Positions 61,573 to 64,000 of a stretch of DNA of 64,000 nt are shown here, piece by piece; positions within the stretch are counted from its first letter, which is position 1; every line of letters starts with the position of its first letter. The stretch is from an uncultured Candidatus Rokubacteria bacterium (GTDB lineage: Bacteria > Methylomirabilota > Methylomirabilia > Rokubacteriales > DASRDR01). The notes beneath the pieces were generated by a model. The model did not search any database and was not told the DNA's origin. It worked only from the letters and a program-made list of their open reading frames with translations. Location: positions 256,001 through 320,000 of the forward strand of contig CAWDVE010000016.1 of NCBI GenBank assembly GCA_963805625.1, given 5' to 3'. The translations under genes and the position numbers were made by a program.

Positions 61573-61791
61573 GGCGGGAGACCTTCCACGGGTGGCCGTG
61601 CGAAGAGGGATCTCCGGGCCGCGACTTTCTGGCCGCCGTCGACCGGGTGCCGCCGGGTCCCGGGGTGTCGTCTCAAGCGCCGTCAGGAGCGCGTGAGGAT
61701 GTCTTCGCCCGGCTGGGAGCCGATGGCCCGCGGCGCGTGCGTCGACTCCGTCACCAGTCCCTTCGGTGGGGACGCTCGTCTCGCGCGCGGC

Positions 61792-62976
61792 TCAGTAGGC
61801 GCGGATCGGGCCGGTCTCGATCACGCGCACCGGGACGCCTTCGATGTCCGAGGGATGGCGGCCGACGCCCCGTCGGGCCTTGGTCGTCACGTAGATCTCG
61901 ATCACGGCGTCGCCATTCGCGTCGACGCCGACGCCATGGCCGACGACGTCCGGCAGGGCGAAGATCTGGTCGCTGTGCCGCGCCGCGACGTCCCGAGCCA
62001 CGGCCAGCCCTGGGGGCGTACCTCGGGGCCGTCCGGGCCCGCCCCCGCCGCTGGTCGGACAGTTGTTCGCGATTAGGTCGTAGTCAGACCGCATTGCGCC
62101 GGGGTTGTCGCCGTCACTGTCGAGGATCATGCTCACCCCTAGTGAAGTGAGGACGGGGTCGATCGGGTTCGCAAAGGTGTCGCTGCCGCCACCAGCGAAG
62201 AGCAGCCCGACCGCGAGCGGTTCTGTGCCGGAAGCCGGGACGGTCACGATGAGCGAGCCCGAATCCCCCGCATCCGAGAATCCGGCGTCGCCGCAGGGAC
62301 GGCGGATCCGGATCTGGTTGACGAAGCGGGCCGTGCCGCTGTCGTAGCTGATGTCGACCGTGACGCCGACCGCCATGACGGTTCCGAAGGTGTGGGCCGT
62401 CGTGCGCCCGGTCTTCTGGACGGCCAGCGTCAGAGTGGCCGCGGTCGAACCGGCCACGGGGCCGATGCCCAGGATCGAGCCGCTCGGATTGACCTGGTCG
62501 GCGTGGACCGCTGCGATCGCCGCGTCCACCGTGTTCTGCGGCTTGTTCTTGCCTTTACCGAACAGGATTTCGACGAAATCGCTCAGGTCCGCCACGGCGT
62601 GGGACGGGTCGCCGCTACTTAGCGTGCACGGTCCCTCGTCGAGCAGCCCCGTCTGGATGATCGTCTCGTTCGCGCTGCCGTAGTTCAGGTTCCCGTTTTC
62701 CTTGGCGAGGACGTGGTTGTTGCTGAGGATGTATTGGACGCCCCCACTGTCTTGGACGAGCGCTCCCAGGGTCCCCGTGTAGCAGTAGAGCAAGCCCCTG
62801 ATGAGGAGCAAGGTCTGGCTGCTGCCCGAAACGCCGAGCGGGATGGGCCGCTCTTGTGTCCTCTCGGTCGTTTCTGTCGCGACGAGGTGGTTGGCAAGGG
62901 CTGAAGGAGCCAGACTCGCCGAGAGCACGATGGCACCTGCGGCCAGCCAGGCCCTGCGAGAGCGATTTAGCGTCAT
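61792..62976 (-). CDS. Secreted trypsin-like serine protease
   Basis: SRRxWL signal; GTLG, LSNNHV, DAAIA, KTGRTT, GDSGS and GLLFAG motifs; extra C-terminal domain. Confidence 0.85.
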   Translation of the reverse strand: MTLNRSRRAWLAAGAIVLSASLAPSALANHLVATETTERTQERPIPLGVSGSSQTLLLIRGLLYCYTGTLGALVQDSGGVQYILSNNHVLAKENGNLNYGSANETIIQTGLLDEGPCTLSSGDPSHAVADLSDFVEILFGKGKNKPQNTVDAAIAAVHADQVNPSGSILGIGPVAGSTAATLTLAVQKTGRTTAHTFGTVMAVGVTVDISYDSGTARFVNQIRIRRPCGDAGFSDAGDSGSLIVTVPASGTEPLAVGLLFAGGGSDTFANPIDPVLTSLGVSMILDSDGDNPGAMRSDYDLIANNCPTSGGGGPGRPRGTPPGLAVARDVAARHSDQIFALPDVVGHGVGVDANGDAVIEIYVTTKARRGVGRHPSDIEGVPVRVIETGPIRAY

Positions 62977-63363
62977 CGACGGCTCCTCCCATCTGTTTGG
63001 ACGGCCCCGGTCCCCGAAAGCGCGGACCATCTCAGGACCACCAGGTTTCCATTACCGCTCCGGCCGGGCCAACGAGATAGCGCCCCCCTCGAGCGCGGAC
63101 GTGTCGGCCAGTGGATCGGAGCAAGAGGGGTGCCAGCAAGAAGCTGTCCGCCGGGTCGCGTGACCGACCGGCGGCAACGGGCCGGTCCCGGGTGCGGCCT
63201 GGCCCTCACGAGCCCGCTAAAGCCGCGTCGCTGCGTGGCTTGCGCTCGAGCTCACGGCCGGTCGGGCTCAGGCCCCTCGCGTCGACCGCCACGCTGCTTG
63301 CGGACTCTCGCCGCGGGCATTTTTCCCTGAATCGGCCTCGTCCAGGATTGAACGCGCCGAAAA

Positions 63364-64000
63364 TTGGTGCGCGCCTATCCCGACCTCCTCATGAGCCACG
63401 ACGAGAAGGTCCTCATCTGGAAGGATGGAACCCGCATGCCAGCCTCGGACGGTCGCGGCGACAAGAGTTTCGAGGAAAAGCTGCGCAGCGCATCGATCCT
63501 GGATCAGCTCTCGATCCCCTACCCCCAAGGGCCACTCGAAAAGCCACCCGGGCTTCAGGAGGATCCTGGACGCTTCCGCAACACGACCTTCTTCGACAAG
63601 ATGTATGGCGACTGCTCGAAGGGCGAGGTGCAGAGGAAACTTGCAAAGGTGGCTTGGCTGCCGAAATCCGGCGGCGGCTCGGTTCAGATCACGACGGTGA
63701 ACGGCGTGGCGGACCGATTGCGCGCGATTTCCGGAGAGCTTGATGCTCTACGGCCTGACCTCAAGACGTTCGCCGTTCCGAGCGCCGGTACGTTCAACTG
63801 CCGCACCGTGAAAGACACCGGCGCCCGCAGCATGCATGCATGGGGCGCGGCCATCGACCTCGATACGAAATTCGCCGACTACTGGCTGTGGAACCCCAAG
63901 GGCGCCCCCTATCGGAATCGCTTGCCTTTCGAGATCGTGGAGATCTTCGAGAGGCATGGCTTCATTTGGGGCGGCAAATGGGGACACTTCGACACGATGC
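63364..64000 (+). CDS. M15-family metallopeptidase (3'-partial; 5' end possibly degraded)
   Basis: Manual translation: AYPD..DPGRFRN..FFDKMYG..GTFNCR..SMHAWGAAID..IFERHGFIWGGKWGHFDTM; open to the window end. Confidence 0.88.
   Translation, partial: MVRAYPDLLMSHDEKVLIWKDGTRMPASDGRGDKSFEEKLRSASILDQLSIPYPQGPLEKPPGLQEDPGRFRNTTFFDKMYGDCSKGEVQRKLAKVAWLPKSGGGSVQITTVNGVADRLRAISGELDALRPDLKTFAVPSAGTFNCRTVKDTGARSMHAWGAAIDLDTKFADYWLWNPKGAPYRNRLPFEIVEIFERHGFIWGGKWGHFDTM

Overview
High-GC bacterial chromosome segment; gene content and style suggest Candidatus Rokubacteria/Methylomirabilota, but this is inference only. Bases ~1-41.1 kb are mostly housekeeping and catabolic genes: hydantoinase/oxoprolinase A+B, CorA, CoA-transferase plus enoyl-CoA hydratase, HtrA, MscS, galU, pncB, trpC-trpF-trpB-trpA-accD-folC, an ECF sigma/anti-sigma/DUF4139 triad with two matching promoters, a D-amino acid dehydrogenase and an amino-acid ABC transporter. 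This part also holds two head-to-head deletion scars and a 39-aa rubredoxin-like gene missing from the ORF track. Bases ~41.2-64 kb are a decayed accessory region. It contains a PEP-CTERM gene, two paralogous FN3 surface proteins (one under a c-di-GMP-I riboswitch, with an apparently identical 354-bp duplication), and tRNA-Thr(CGT) next to a truncated integrative element (integrase, XRE, excisionase, DnaB). It also has a ~9.8-kb interval bounded by IS inverted repeats and the two separated parts of a transposase, a secreted trypsin-like protease with apparently permuted domain order, and an M15 peptidase running off the end. The most unusual structure lies at 59.8-60.7 kb. Three co-oriented 40-70 bp stubs encode only the conserved C-terminal peptide of ABC_sub_bind solute-binding proteins (GLTIPPAVLARADEVIE*), and each is followed by different cargo DNA, like a small cassette array.
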